NCBI GenBank assembly: GCA_963758915.1
Contig: CAVWXH010000009.1
Span: 224,001 to 288,000, forward strand
Length of the DNA: 64,000 bases
DNA from: an uncultured Methanomicrobiales archaeon
GTDB taxonomy: Archaea > Halobacteriota > Methanomicrobia > Methanomicrobiales > Methanospirillaceae
Direction: 5' to 3'
Part shown: piece by piece, positions 9,376 through 21,804 of the stretch
Layout of the letters: each line of letters begins with the position of its first letter
Position numbering within the stretch: position 1 is the first letter of the stretch
Made by a program: the position numbers and the translations under genes
The notes under the pieces: model-generated
The model's database searches: none
What the model saw: the letters and a program-made list of their open reading frames with translations, nothing else
What the model was told of the DNA's origin: nothing

Positions 9376-9867
9376 ATGGACCCCTGGAAACCAAAATTAA
9401 TAATTCCCCTGGTCCTTGCCTGCATGATGATATCCCTGCTTTTTGTTGCAGGATGCTCATCTCTCACGGCAAATGAGGGTAAAGGTGCGATTTCTCCATC
9501 GACCGCGAACATTACCCGAAGTACTGTCGAACGTGTAGAGGTAATGCATTTCCACCCGGCCCAGCAATGTTATTCCTGCAGGACGCTTGGGGAATATGCA
9601 AATGAGACACTGAACATCTTCTTTGCTCCTGAACTCGAATCCGGAAAACTGGTATACCAGGAAGTGAATATCAACCTCCCGGAGAACGCCGATCTCGTGA
9701 AGAAATACGAGGTGACCGGGTCATCGCTGTGGATCGGTGTGTATGACACGAACGGGTTCCACAAGGAACAGAATGTCAACGTGTGGTATAAAATCAATAA
9801 TAAAGCAGAATTTGCGCAGTATCTCCAGCCGATAATCAGGGACAGGCTTAATGGAGTCATTACCTGA
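9376..9867 (+). CDS. ArsF-family thioredoxin-fold lipoprotein
   Basis: Lipobox-like VAGC; VEVMHFH...QCYSCR motif; precedes the ArsG-like gene. Confidence 0.7.
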   Translation: MDPWKPKLIIPLVLACMMISLLFVAGCSSLTANEGKGAISPSTANITRSTVERVEVMHFHPAQQCYSCRTLGEYANETLNIFFAPELESGKLVYQEVNINLPENADLVKKYEVTGSSLWIGVYDTNGFHKEQNVNVWYKINNKAEFAQYLQPIIRDRLNGVIT

Positions 9868-10611
9868 TGGATTTTATGCAGGTAATGGAGACGATGGGTA
9901 CCAGCGGTATCCCGGTCGTCGCCGCTTTTTTTATCGGTCTTATGACCGCCTTCAGTCCTTGTACGCTCGCGACCAACATCACCGCGATTGCGTTTATATC
10001 CAAAAAAATTGACAACAATCGTCACACGCTCCTGGCCGGTTGTGTCTATACGCTCGGAAGGGTGGTCGCGTATGTCGCCGTGGCATCAGTCATTGTTTTC
10101 TTCGGGATGAACATCCAGTTTATTGCCCTGGGACTACAGCATTACGGTGAACTTCTGCTCGGGCCGTTCCTTATTGCGTGTGGGATTTACCTCCTCGATA
10201 TCATCCCTTTCAGCAGTCTGCCAGGATCATGCAGGATCGCAACCTTTTCTTCAGGGGTTACTGCAAGCCTCGCAGAGAGAGGTTATCTCGGCGCATTCCT
10301 GCTCGGTGTTATCTTTGCCATGAGTTTCTGCCCGTTCAGTGTCGTCCTCTTCTTTGCCATGCTGATCCCGCTCGCTCTTGGGTGCGGGCGACCCGGTACT
10401 CATTCCTGCGGTGTTCGCCATCGCAACCGGTTTACCAGTAATTGTGATCTCGTACTTCCTCGTGACGGGTGTAGGGAAGTGCAGTGGAATTGTTAAGAAA
10501 GTGGGGGAGATCGGGCCCTGGATCCAGAGAGCGGTCGCAGCGGTGTTTATCGTGGTCGGGTTGTACTATATTGCAATTATCCCCGGAATTGCAGGTAGTA
10601 TCTCTTTTTAG
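9867..10611 (+). CDS. ArsG/CcdA-like membrane protein (aromatic arsenical efflux family), frameshift near 10380
   Basis: GLMTAFSPCTLATN, YTLGR and FAMSFCPFS motifs; the C-terminus continues in ORF 10378-10611 (ATGLPV). Confidence 0.75.
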
Positions 10612-11201
10612 TTAGCAGGAAAATGAGAAAATTCATTTTTTCCTGTTAAAAATGATTGAAACGATACCCGTAATTGGGACCACTGACACCAATTTCCGAC
10701 AGTCAGAACGCACCATTGTCCCCGATATGTGAAATCCCCGGTTCGTTCATCGCGGTCTGTTCCATCCGGTACCCTATCAGCATGAACGGACAGAGGTAAC
10801 CGTGTAAGTCCCAAACCATTGTGGAATTTCAACTTTTTCTGAAGTTCTCATGGGTAATACCCCATCTATTCTTACATTAATAATTTGCCAGGGGATGCAG
10901 TATCAAATCCGGTTTATTCTGATAACCATAAAAGGATCCCTGCTTTAATGAAAACATCTAAAAATACCCTAAATCCCCCCGAATTAACTTGAAGCCCTGT
11001 AAAATTAGGTAGTCGCGGGGGGATACTGACTATGTATCTCCTTAAATAAAAAAAATCATCTTTCACCCATTTCAGGCGGCTCCCGGTTCATACCCCGGTT
11101 TCATAGAATAAACCATCAATTGAATCGAAATACGGATTATTCGGAGTTTTTTAAACAACTATAAATACCAATGTGGTCACCCCTGATCAGGTAATCCAGT
11201 T

Positions 11202-12652
11202 ATGAGTGACAGCAGCACCCGTCAGAAAATGACCCCCAGAGAACTGATGATCGTCCTGGTAATATCCCTCGGATCGTTCATGGCCGGGCTCGATGGTACC
11301 ATCGTGAACATCGCCCTGCCAACAATCGGCAAGGCATTTGACGTCTCGACGGTGACGGTCTCCTGGGTGCTGAATGCATACCTGATTGTCCTTGTCAGCC
11401 TGCTCCTCTTTGCCTCCCGTCTCGGGGATATCAAGGGGTTTCGGAAACTATTCCTTGTGGGATTCGCAATTTTTACCCTTGGTTCTGCTATGTGCGGCCT
11501 TGCCCCGTCACTCGACATCCTCATCATCTCCCGCATGCTCCAGGCAGTAGGAGGGGCGTTTATCGCTGCTCTCGGGGCAGTGATGGTCACCACGTACCTA
11601 TCCCCGTCCCTCCGGGGACAGGCGCTTGGGATGGTGGCGATGTTCACCATGCTGGGTGCCGCTCTCGGTCCGGTACTCGGGGGTTTCCTCACCAGCGCCC
11701 TTTCCTGGCAGTTCATCTTTTTCGTGAACCTGCCGGTCGGGATCCTTGCAATTCTGCTCGGAATATATTATCCTTCCCCGAACTGACCCGGTGACCCCGA
11801 ATGCATCGATGGACCTCCCTGGAGTCATCATCATATTTCGCCGCCCTCGGTACACTGATACTCGGCCTGAACATGCTCACCAGCCCGACTCCCGTGAATG
11901 GCATTGCAGCACTGGTTGTATCTGCGATATTCTGGGGACTATTCTATATCCGCGAACGGAAGACTGCTGAACCGCTGATCAACCTGAAATTGTTCAAGAA
12001 CAGGGCCTTTACACTGCAGAACGTGAACGTCACGCTCACCCAGATTGGCCTGGCAGGGGTGATGATCCTGATGCCATTCTATCTCGAAATGGTCAAATTA
12101 GTCCCGACCGACAATGCCGGGACAATCCTCCTGGCCCTCCCGATCGGGATGATCCTTACCTCACCCATCGCCGGAAGGATCTCGGATGTGATCGGGACGA
12201 AAAAACCGATTATACTCGGTTTTATTGTAAGTGCAATCGCCTTATTCCTGCTTTCCACCCTGGGTTCCCATTCGAGTATCGGGCACGTGGAAATCTACCT
12301 CTTTCTGCTTGGTGCCGGTACCGGGTTTGCCTATGCCCCGCTGAACAGTGCCGTAATGGGTGAAGCCCCGGTGAAGGACAGGGGGTCAACATCCGGCCTG
12401 ATCAAGATGATGTCCAACCTGGGTTCATCACTGGGGGTCGCACTCGTCATGCTTGTCACCACGGTCGCAGCCGGGTCCAGGATGGCCCAGGAAGCAACCC
12501 ACCATCTGCTTCCTGCAGAAATGGCCAGCGCTTTTGATACCGGGTTCTTCTTCCTGATGTGCATCGAAATCCTTGGGATTGTTTTAATGCTCCTTGTTAA
12601 GGAGCACGATACCGGTTACAGCACTGAGGGAGAACCGGTTGCAGCGTATTGA
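11202..12652 (+). CDS. MFS DHA2 (EmrB/QacA) drug/metabolite transporter, frameshifted around 11770-11840
   Basis: LDGTIVNIALP, GPVLGG..., WQFIFFVNLPVG and EPLINLKLF motifs across two ORFs. Confidence 0.85.
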
Positions 12653-12796
12653 AAATTGGAGACTGGAGGGTTCGATTTTTTTTAGGATATGGAAATTCAC
12701 AGAGGCATTTGAAAAGAGGGACATAACCCTCCAAATAGAAAACGATTGTACCATTTCAGATGCAGTTAAAAAATAGTGTACCGAATCAATACGCAA

Positions 12797-13643
12797 TTAC
12801 AATCCTTTTCTTACGTAATAGAATATTATTACTCCCCCAATCAACCCAACCACAATAACAATTTCAGCAATCATGATCCAAGGGGAGGATGAATTATTTC
12901 CAGTTTTAATCGGTTGAGTTGATACCGGATTCACCACATTTTGAGGAGTTGCGGTCTCTTTCGGTGCTTCTTGGGTCGCTTTTTGATTGACAATGTTCTG
13001 AGTCACTACGGGTGTGACTACTGAGGTTTGAACCATTTGAGTAGATGTCGTAGTTGCAATGGTAGTTGTACCGCTGCCGGTAAATGAATAGCCTGAATAA
13101 CCTCCTCCTCCACCCCCTCCTGAATAACCTCCGCTGCTGCTGGTAGAGGTTGGTATTACGGTCCCACCTCCCTGGACTAATGAGCTGGGCATCGGTCACC
13201 GTTGGAACAACTACCCCCCCACCATCTGCATTCATCCGGATTGAATTAATTGAAATACCTGTTGTGCCTTGTGATACGCCACGAACAGTAATCGTCCCAA
13301 GAAGGATTTCGTTTGCACCAGGTTGAACCATTTTTGCAATATCAACACCACTTGTTCGAACCACTCCTTCTGACAAGTACGTGGTGTTATTCAGGGATTC
13401 CCAAGTGGGATATACAACCCCTGTAATCTCTGCAACACCCGGATTTGAAAGAATGAGGTTCAGGTTATATCCTGCAATTCCATCAGGTGCTGAATCGAGT
13501 ATTAATTTAAATTCTGTAGTCGTTCCCTGTGAAATTGTTCCCTGTGATGGCTCAATCATAATTGTTGCTGCAAATGCTGTTGATACAGTAATTATGGATA
13601 CTATCATCAGAGCCAGTAATGAGGTGTGAATTCTTTTTTTCAT
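12797..13643 (-). CDS. Membrane-anchored single-cohesin protein (signal peptide, cohesin, Gly/Ser/Thr linker, C-terminal TM), frameshift near 13170
   Basis: LDSAPDGIAGYNLNL.LSNP.VAEI.GV.YP.W...GTITVRG resembles the cohesin in the upstream giant protein; ends PWIMIAEIVIVVGLIGGVIIFYYVRKGL. Confidence 0.7.
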
Positions 13644-13749
13644 TATCTGCACCATGTGGAGCTTGATATTCCTATGAATAAATTTGGTTATCTTTTTTAT
13701 CGTTTCTCGGGAGAATTAATCAATCGAAAAAAAATCATTTGGATATTTC

Positions 13750-16700
13750 TCATCCAAGCACTATCCAATACAGCAGGACCAGATCATCGTAGTCGATATA
13801 GCCATTGTGGTTGTAGTCGTAGGGTGCAACACCCACATCGTATTGAGCTGAAATCCAGTCCATGTTCTGGTAATAAACGACAACATCATCGTAGTCGATA
13901 TAGCCATTTCCGTTGATATCCTCAATGAGGTAATCGCCGTTTGTATCGGTTGGTAAATTCGTGTAGCCTGGGAAAGGCTTCACAAGCGGCGTTACGTTGA
14001 TATAATTCTGCTTGGTGCTTGTTGCCTGTGTGTAGGCATTGCTAACTGTTAGATTCACGGTATAATGACCGGGCCCATGATACCTAGCCACCGGGTTAAC
14101 CTGCGTTGAAGAGACGCCATTACCAAAGGTCCACTGCCACGATGAGGGCACGGGATTACCAGTCGAGAGATCTGTAAAAGAAATATCTAGTGATACATTG
14201 GTAGAGGCCATTCCAGAAGTCCTGTTTGCGTTGAAGTCAGCAATGATAGGACTATAGACATTTATCTGCCCATTCATTATTGCCGGATTAACGATACCGC
14301 CACCATCTGCATCCATCGCGAACTGAACTGAGGGTAATCGGACTTGTTCCCGGTACATCCCCACGCACTGTCACAGATGCTATTACTGTGTTTAGAGAAC
14401 CGGCCTGAACCAGATGTTGAGATCGACAGCACTGATTTTTACAGAACTAGCGGGTAAGGCACTAGTATTTGAGAGCCCCACCCATGACGGATAGGTAACG
14501 TTCACAATCTTTCCAATATTTGGATCAGTCAGGGTAATTACCAAGTCATAGCCTGCGATACCATTGGGTAAGGAATTCATTACAAGTTGGTACTGTGCAT
14601 TTCCTGCCCGATGGGGATGTTGTCCAGCCACCGGGACCAGTGACAATGTTGGGGAAGAGGGTTGTGTACTAATTGGAGTCAGGGTGATTGATGCGACCTT
14701 TTTCACAACTTTGCCCCCTGTAACATTCTGCCCGACTAACCGGAGTGGCCAGCTGTCGCCGGTCTCCGCAAGAAGGGTTCCGTTAAGTGAATTGGCAATA
14801 ATGTAATTGTTGCTGCGGATTGTGTTCCTGCTGTTAACGGTAACAGAATACCCGTCTGTGGCAGTAATAGTGACGTTATACCCTGCCTGGGCCTTTGTTT
14901 CGTTGTAGGAGTTGCTTGAATGCTGGTCGGCATCGTCAACAAATCCGCAGAGGAACCAGAGTGGCATACCAGACCAGACACGGCTGCTGCTATCGGTGTA
15001 ATTGACCTCGTGGTTTGATCCGAACTGGCATGCAAGTGCCTGTTCAAAGTAGACCTTGCCGATGGTAGAGTTGAGTCCGCCGATATCACGCCCGTCAAGC
15101 ATGAGGTTCCAGTCTGATGCAGGTGACGAATAGATCTTCACCGTTGTGACCAGTTTTGCCGAAGTCCCGGCACAGGACGGGTAGTTGACCCCATTCTGCG
15201 TGTTATAGTGCCAGTATGCCGAGGGGAGTGACTCATGCATGTCCCACTGACCGTATACGTGGTCGTCGGGCATGAAGAAGAGCCGCATCCCGTCCTGGTA
15301 ACCCGGGACATACTGACCGTCCGCATACCAGGCGAGGATTGCATCTCCCTGGCGTGCCTGGACTGCCGGGTTTGTGTATATGGAGGAATAGGGCAGGGTC
15401 GTTTCGTACCCGTCACTCGCGATGAACTTGATATCGGTTCCTGATCCCATGCCACCGACGAGGTTACACAGGTCCATAACCCTGCTTCCCTTCACGGCAT
15501 TGGAAATCTTGTATCCGCCGGGGTATGTCTCCTCAGGGTCCCAGAGGTTGGTCGGGACCAGCGTGAGCCCTTCGTATTTGTACAGGGTTGTGCCATCTCC
15601 CACAACCGCGAGGTTCTGCTCCATCCACTCCCGGGTTACGGTTGTCTCGTTGACAATGGTAACGCCATCTGCTGCATATTTAATGATATGGAGCGGTGCT
15701 GCAGTCGTCGGAGTCTGGAACTCGGTAAGTTCAATCTCCACGACATTTCCGACACTGTTTCCACCGGTCGCACCTGATCCGACAAGCCTGAGTGGCCAGG
15801 GGGGATGACTGCCGGTGGTAGGTAATGCTGCACCATTCATCACATTGGCGAGAATGTAATTGTCATTCTTGCCGATCGCAGCGCTGGTAAACTCCTTGGA
15901 GTATCCATCCCCGGCTTTTACAATTACTTTGTAACCAGCTGATGCAGCGGAATCATTGAAACCGTTTGAACCATGCGGGATCCGGTCATCAACCCATCCC
16001 ATCAGGCGCCAAAGGGGAATACCCGTATACACATTGCTGCTGTCATCTGTATAGGTTGACTGGTGGTGGGCGATCCATTCTTCCAGTTCGGGTTGTGTGA
16101 TCACATCGCTTATCCGACCCTTAAGTGTCAGGCTGTACGCTCCGGCCGGGTAGGACGGGAGTCCTTCGAGGCGGATTGTGGTAATATTGCCGACACGCTG
16201 GCCATTCGATGTGGTTGCCGGACCGACAAGTTTGAGGTGGCCGTTCGATCCTGATAATGCGCTCCCATTTAACGTGTTGGCCACGATAAAGCCGTCGTTA
16301 TGGCTCACAACCTGGCTGGTGAAGGTCCTGTTGTAAGTCGCCAGCCATCACCCTGACGGTATATCCTCCTGTGGCACGGGTATCGTTAAACGTCCAGTGA
16401 CTCGATGGTCTCAATATCATCAACACTGCCGACCAGGTCCCAGAGGGGACACCAGTCCAGACTGATCCACCGGCATCAGTATAGGTCACATTATGGTGGC
16501 AGACAATTGCCTGTTCGAAATACTGCTGCGTGATAACGTCAGTTACATCCCCTTCCATGGTCAGGGTCCAGCCTGCTGCCGGTTGTGGTAGGCCGACGAG
16601 TTCAATTTCATTGATTCCACCGACCTGCTGTCCACCGAACACGCTCGATCCCTTGAGCATCAGGGGCCAGCAGGGTTTGCCACCAGGCGTAGTTGTCGGG

Positions 16701-19112
16701 AGGGCCGTGCCATTCAGGGTATTGACTACGAGATAACCGCCATCCCGGGCAATATCTGCGCTGGCGAGGCTCGTGTCCCAGTCAGCAGCTTTTACTTTTA
16801 CCGTGTACCCCTGGGTAGCGAGTGCGTCATTGAATGTGTAGTGACCACTGCTTTCCTCGTCATCAATCATGCCAACAAGGACCCAGAGCGGAATTCCTCC
16901 CCAGACACTGCCATTCGTATCTGTCCAGGTCACGTTATGGCCAGACGGGACACAGGCGAGTGCTTCCTCGAACTGGGCCTTGGTAATAATCCTGTTTACT
17001 TTGCCCTTCATTGAGAGGGAATAGTCGGTTGAAGGTTCACCACCGGTTGAGACCGTTATCAGTGCTGCAGCGATTGCATTTTGCGGGGTGACAGGTTTCA
17101 CACCGTAATAGAAATTGACATGATCGCCATTGGCAACGGTTTTTATGTTGAGCCCATCAGTGGAGGGGAATCCGTAATCATCCAGGGTAACCCCGTTTAC
17201 CTGGCAAATCCAGGTCTTTCCTGCTGTTTTATTATAGTCGTAACTCCCGATACCATCGAGCAGGAAGTACCCTTGAGTCCCGAAGTTCTTGTCCGAAATT
17301 TTGAAGGATAATCCCGCACCATTCAGCGCCCCGAGTGGGGTGGTTGTGTTGATATCATAGGATGCACCTGAATTGTATGCCACTTTATTGAAGGTTCCTG
17401 TGCTAAGGGAGACGGTGCCGCTATAGATTGTGTCCACTACCGGTCCCGCAGATGTGACATTAATATAGTTACTTTTCAGCGTTGAATTCGAGCCTGCGGC
17501 ATTGCTTACCGAGAAGTTCACCGAATACACGCCTGCAGCGGAATACGTGTATACCGGGCTTTGGATTGTACTGTCGATAGTCCCATCGTTATTGAAGTCC
17601 CATGACCAGGTGGACGGGGACCCTGATGATGCATCAGTGAACTGGACCTGTAGTGGCGCAGCCCCCATTGTCATATTTGCGGCGAAGTCAGCGACAGGTG
17701 CGATCGGGGCTGCAGGGAGCCCAATCAGTCGGATTTCGGTGATATTTCCCACGCTGTTGCCACCAGTCGGACCGGAACCAACCAGTTTCAATGCCCACCA
17801 GATTTTTGAAGGGTTTGTCGGATCTGTAAAAGGAATTACTGTGCCGTTAAGCGTGTTTGCTACGATATAATTGTTATTGCTGGCAATGGTGGAACTTGTA
17901 AAGGTCTTGTTGAACCCATCCGCAGCCCTAACCTGGACTGAGTAACCCATAGAAGCCCGCGTGGTGTTGAAATTGTATCCGATTATCAGCGTCATCAACT
18001 GCTCCGACAAGATACCACAGCGGAATACCCTGCCAGGTGCGCTGATTAGTGCTATCTGTCCAGCTGGCACTCGGGCCACTTGTAACGATTGCTTCAATTT
18101 GTGCTTTTGTGAGAGTAACTGAATGATCGCCGGTTAACAGGAGAGAGTATTCAGGGGAGACTGGAGAATTAACAACAATATAACCGGTTTTGATCTCGCT
18201 GTCGGTCCCCTGCACATTTGTTACCGTTAGATTTACGGTGTAAGTCCCCGCGGTAGTGTACGTGTAAGCCGGGTTCTGGATCGTGCTGTCAACTGTCCCG
18301 TCATTGGTGAAGTCCCAGGCATATGATAGTGTGGATGTTCCGGTTGATGCATCGGTGAACTGGACAGTAAGAGGAACAGTTCCACTAACCGTGTCCGCAG
18401 AAAAAGCTGCCACCGGTGCGACAGGGGCGGGATCATTGCTGTAAATAAGTATCCTATTGGTGTTCTGCACCGAAAGGCCTGTTGCACTTGGTTGTCCAGG
18501 CTGGTAGTAATACCAGAATGCTTCAGGATAGGTTTCGTGCATATCCCAGAGCCCGAATACATTGAGTCCCCAGGGGTTGGTGGTAGTATCAGCAAAATTG
18601 ACATTGCGCATACCCTCGTTATATGAACTGTCCACATAACCCAGATCAGCTCTGTACCATGTCAGAACAATTGGTCCTGCACGGGCAGGTGGTGAGTAAA
18701 CGCTGGAATATGCAAAAAATTTGGAGAAACCGTCAGATCCCATGAGTGTGACATTGTAATCGCCAGAATCCATACCCCCAACGAGATCACAGAGATCCTT
18801 TACATTCGTGCCTTTGGCAGCACCAAAATCTTTTGTCAATATGGCCGGATCGTTCTCTTCCGGATTCCATTTATTGGTGATACTTGCGTTAAATACAGGT
18901 CCCTGCACATAATAATGAGTGAAACCGTCCCCATATACAGGTAGGTTAGTCTCCATCCAATGGAAGTCAACCGTTGTCTGGTTCAGGATTGTTGTCCCGT
19001 CATTTGCATATTTAATGATCTGTACTGAAGTGGTCCCCGCTGCACTCGCTTGGGCGACAAATAACGTCATTACCACAATTAAAATGATAATTGGTGTCCA
19101 TTTTCCTTTCAT
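13750..19112 (-). CDS. Giant (~1790 aa) secreted multidomain protein: 7 molybdopterin-oxidoreductase-like repeats, 3 PKD, a DUF4430-like domain, a cohesin and a C-terminal dockerin; several indels
   Basis: ORFs 17928-19133, 16298-18097, 14392-16308 and 13750-14364 join across indels. PKD motifs FTDAS..WDF..DG. Repeated GIPLW.L.G.VDD...ADGY...ILAN..NG...WPLRLVG units. Duplicated D.NGNG.IDYDD / DYNHNGYIDYDD dockerin Ca-binding loops. Confidence 0.75.
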
Positions 19113-19277
19113 TTTTTGATAAACCCCCACCATGAGATCGTGGATTTATGGAAATTGTATCAATACGAGTGACTAAAAATATTGTGTTTTATTTTTTAAC
19201 TATGTTAAATTAGTTAATTATACTAGAATAATTTGAAATAACAAATTACTAATAAATATAGATAAAAATCTGTTAAA

Positions 19278-20369
19278 TTGTTGAAAATACCAACAGGAGA
19301 TAGATTGAAACATAGAGTTGCTTTTATTGTGTTAATTATTTGTTTATTACTCGGTAGTGCCTTAAGCGACCGACCGGCAAACGCGACAAACGAAGTCCAG
19401 GGAATTATCACGAGCACGAACATGGAATGCCTGGGAATAACAACTGAAACAGATCTCATTTCTTGGTCCGTGGAAGCCCCGGCGCGCCCGAAAGACTATG
19501 CAACAATAAAATTCGGGATAGTCGGCCTTCCACCAAACCTCTATTCTGCAATTCGCCGGGTTTCAGATGGAACAATCGTAGCGAAAACAAGTGGTAGCGG
19601 GACAATAGCATCAACTCTTAACGGAGACCTCTACCAGTTCGGGTATACCAATGGAATCATATTCTGGCCTGTAGAAAGTGGAACTACGTTATCCGACGGA
19701 TCTGCTTACAACGCACAGTATGATCTTACCCATGGATTCGGCATCGGTAATTCGTTAATGGACCCTGAAATGGTGTATTATTCGGCAGGTTACAATGAAC
19801 AGACCGTTGCAGTGTCAGGAAAAACTACCTACATTAAGTCTATGGCGTTATCAACCGCCAATAAAAATTCTGGCGAGAGCAATATCAAGTCCACAAAAAG
19901 TATCCAGTTTGTCGGGACCAATTCAGGAAGGATAACTTCATCCGAAGACCTCCTTGTTGACGGATCAGGTACCTGGTCACGAACCGGAGACAGTAATCTC
20001 TGTCCCGTTTGGCTCGCAGGATTCGGAATTTATTCCAGCCTTTTGTAATATTGCACAGGCAGGAAGTTCTATTGATATGAATCTCGTGTCCATGACAACC
20101 GATATAGATAGCAGGTTTATAGCAGCCAATTCCGCTGATTCCAGTGGTACTTAATTATGATATCAGTGCAGGGGGTTTAACACGGTAATGGGTATTCTCC
20201 TGCAACCGGGTCAGTTTCTGCATTTATTAAGGTCCATACGCAGGAAGCGAGGGGTAATATCTCCAAAAAGTCAGAGGATCTTTCATATTCTGAAATATCT
20301 TCAGCGAACGGACTCATCAAACAATTTACCAAGAAAATGAATTATCAGTCAGGGACCAGACTGAATTAA
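19278..20369 (+). CDS. Secreted beta-rich Methanomicrobiales protein, possibly sheath-protein (MspA)-like; frameshifted after 20000
   Basis: Signal peptide followed by D.P..AT.E.QGI.TST...G..TETD.ISW; later LCPF...IPAFCNI.Q.GSS; reading continues across indels to ...NYQSGTRLN stop at 20369. Confidence 0.55.
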
Positions 20370-20427
20370 CATCCTTTTTTATACCCTTTTACCGTTTTAC
20401 TGTGACTGCGGTAGATCTGGATATTTT

Positions 20428-21795
20428 TCAGACAAAAATTCGGACTTGTTTTCCAAAAACCGGAGTTGGTCTCTTAATAAAATGACAAAGATTTATTTCC
20501 TGCGATGGCGGGATCTTTGTTATCAGCACCCTTTCTCCCACCATCCCTTCCGGTAACACAACAATCTGTTTATCTTTCACCTCTGCGACCGGGACAAACT
20601 CAAGCAAAACCTGTTGGGAATTCACAGTTACCCTCATGTAACCGAGTGTGTTCTCCCGGCTGTTGACGTAACCGGGGGGTTTGTCCGCGGAAAGTGCGTA
20701 GGAAGGCGCACCACCGGTCGCGACCGTGAAATAATGGACCCCGTTCACCTGGAAATGCTCATACGCATGGACATGGGCAGAAAAGACAGCATCGACCCCC
20801 CCAGCGTTGAATACTGGCCCCCATTTTTCCTGTATATCAGCATAACCACCCCAGTGATTGACCTCGGAGGTATAGAGCGGATGGTGAAGAAAAACGAAAT
20901 TCCATGTTACTTTATTGTCAAGTGTGGCATTCAGCCATGAGTCCTGTGAAGATGCCACAACCGGCGAAACAGCATTACTATTGAGGGCGGTAAAGCGGGC
21001 ATCACTGCACATGAACGAATACCATGGGAGGCATGCCAAATCGTTCCTGATATACGGATAAGATTCCCTTCATGGTTCCCGGGAACCGGGTAAAAGGTCG
21101 TATTGGCAAGCATGGGACCGGCAGCCTCAAAAAAACGCCCCCATTCACCCTCATCGGCAGGGTCATTGACGAGATCCCCGGTATGCACCACAAAAAGACA
21201 ATCCGGTTCCTTCGCAATCCGTTGCTGCAACTAATGCATGGTGGGTCGACTGGTTCCACCTGGGCAGTTGTTCCCGTGTGTCACCATAGACGATAAACGT
21301 GAACGGACCATCGAGGGACAGAGTCCGGAACGAATAATTCCCCGGGTTGTTCCCGATCCAGTACGAATAGCGCTGACCTGGCTCGAGGTTATTCAGTTGT
21401 ACATGGTGAAGTATCGATGGGTTTTCCTCTGATACACTCTGGTCGGATATTCCAGGTGTTTTGATACCTGAATGGGCAAAACCAACACGGCCGATTGAAG
21501 GTTCCAAAGTCTTCCAATGGAGGATGGTGGAATTGTGAGTAGTGTTTGTAATGTAAGGTCCCCATACTATCACTTCATCCCCTTGGGACATCCCTTCAAA
21601 GTTGCCTATCACCGGATCTGCATATGCAACAACTGGAAAAAGGATTGTAAGAAGAATCAGGGAAATTAGCATTCCCCTCCATTGGTATGCATACCAGCGC
21701 CCGTTGTAATTCATAGAGAGAGAATTGTATTTTTTACCACACTTTTGATCTGCGGGTAAATTATCCGGAACTGGAAGGTCGGTATTCATACCCAT
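20428..21795 (-). CDS. Secreted purple-acid-phosphatase-like metallophosphoesterase with FN3-like N-domain; 2 indels
   Basis: YGDTR, HTGDLV, PGNHE, HHPLY and SAHVHAYE motifs across ORFs 21163-21795, 20931-21230 and 20428-21039. Confidence 0.85.
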
Positions 21796-21804
21796 CCCCT
21801 CACT

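Noticed and set aside
10608-10832. 74-aa minus-strand ORF between the arsG-like and MFS genes
   Set aside because: TTG start, no motif and atypical composition; likely spurious.
13080-13180. GAATAACCTCC-type short repeats
   Set aside because: They simply encode the Gly/Ser/Tyr linker of the anchored cohesin protein.
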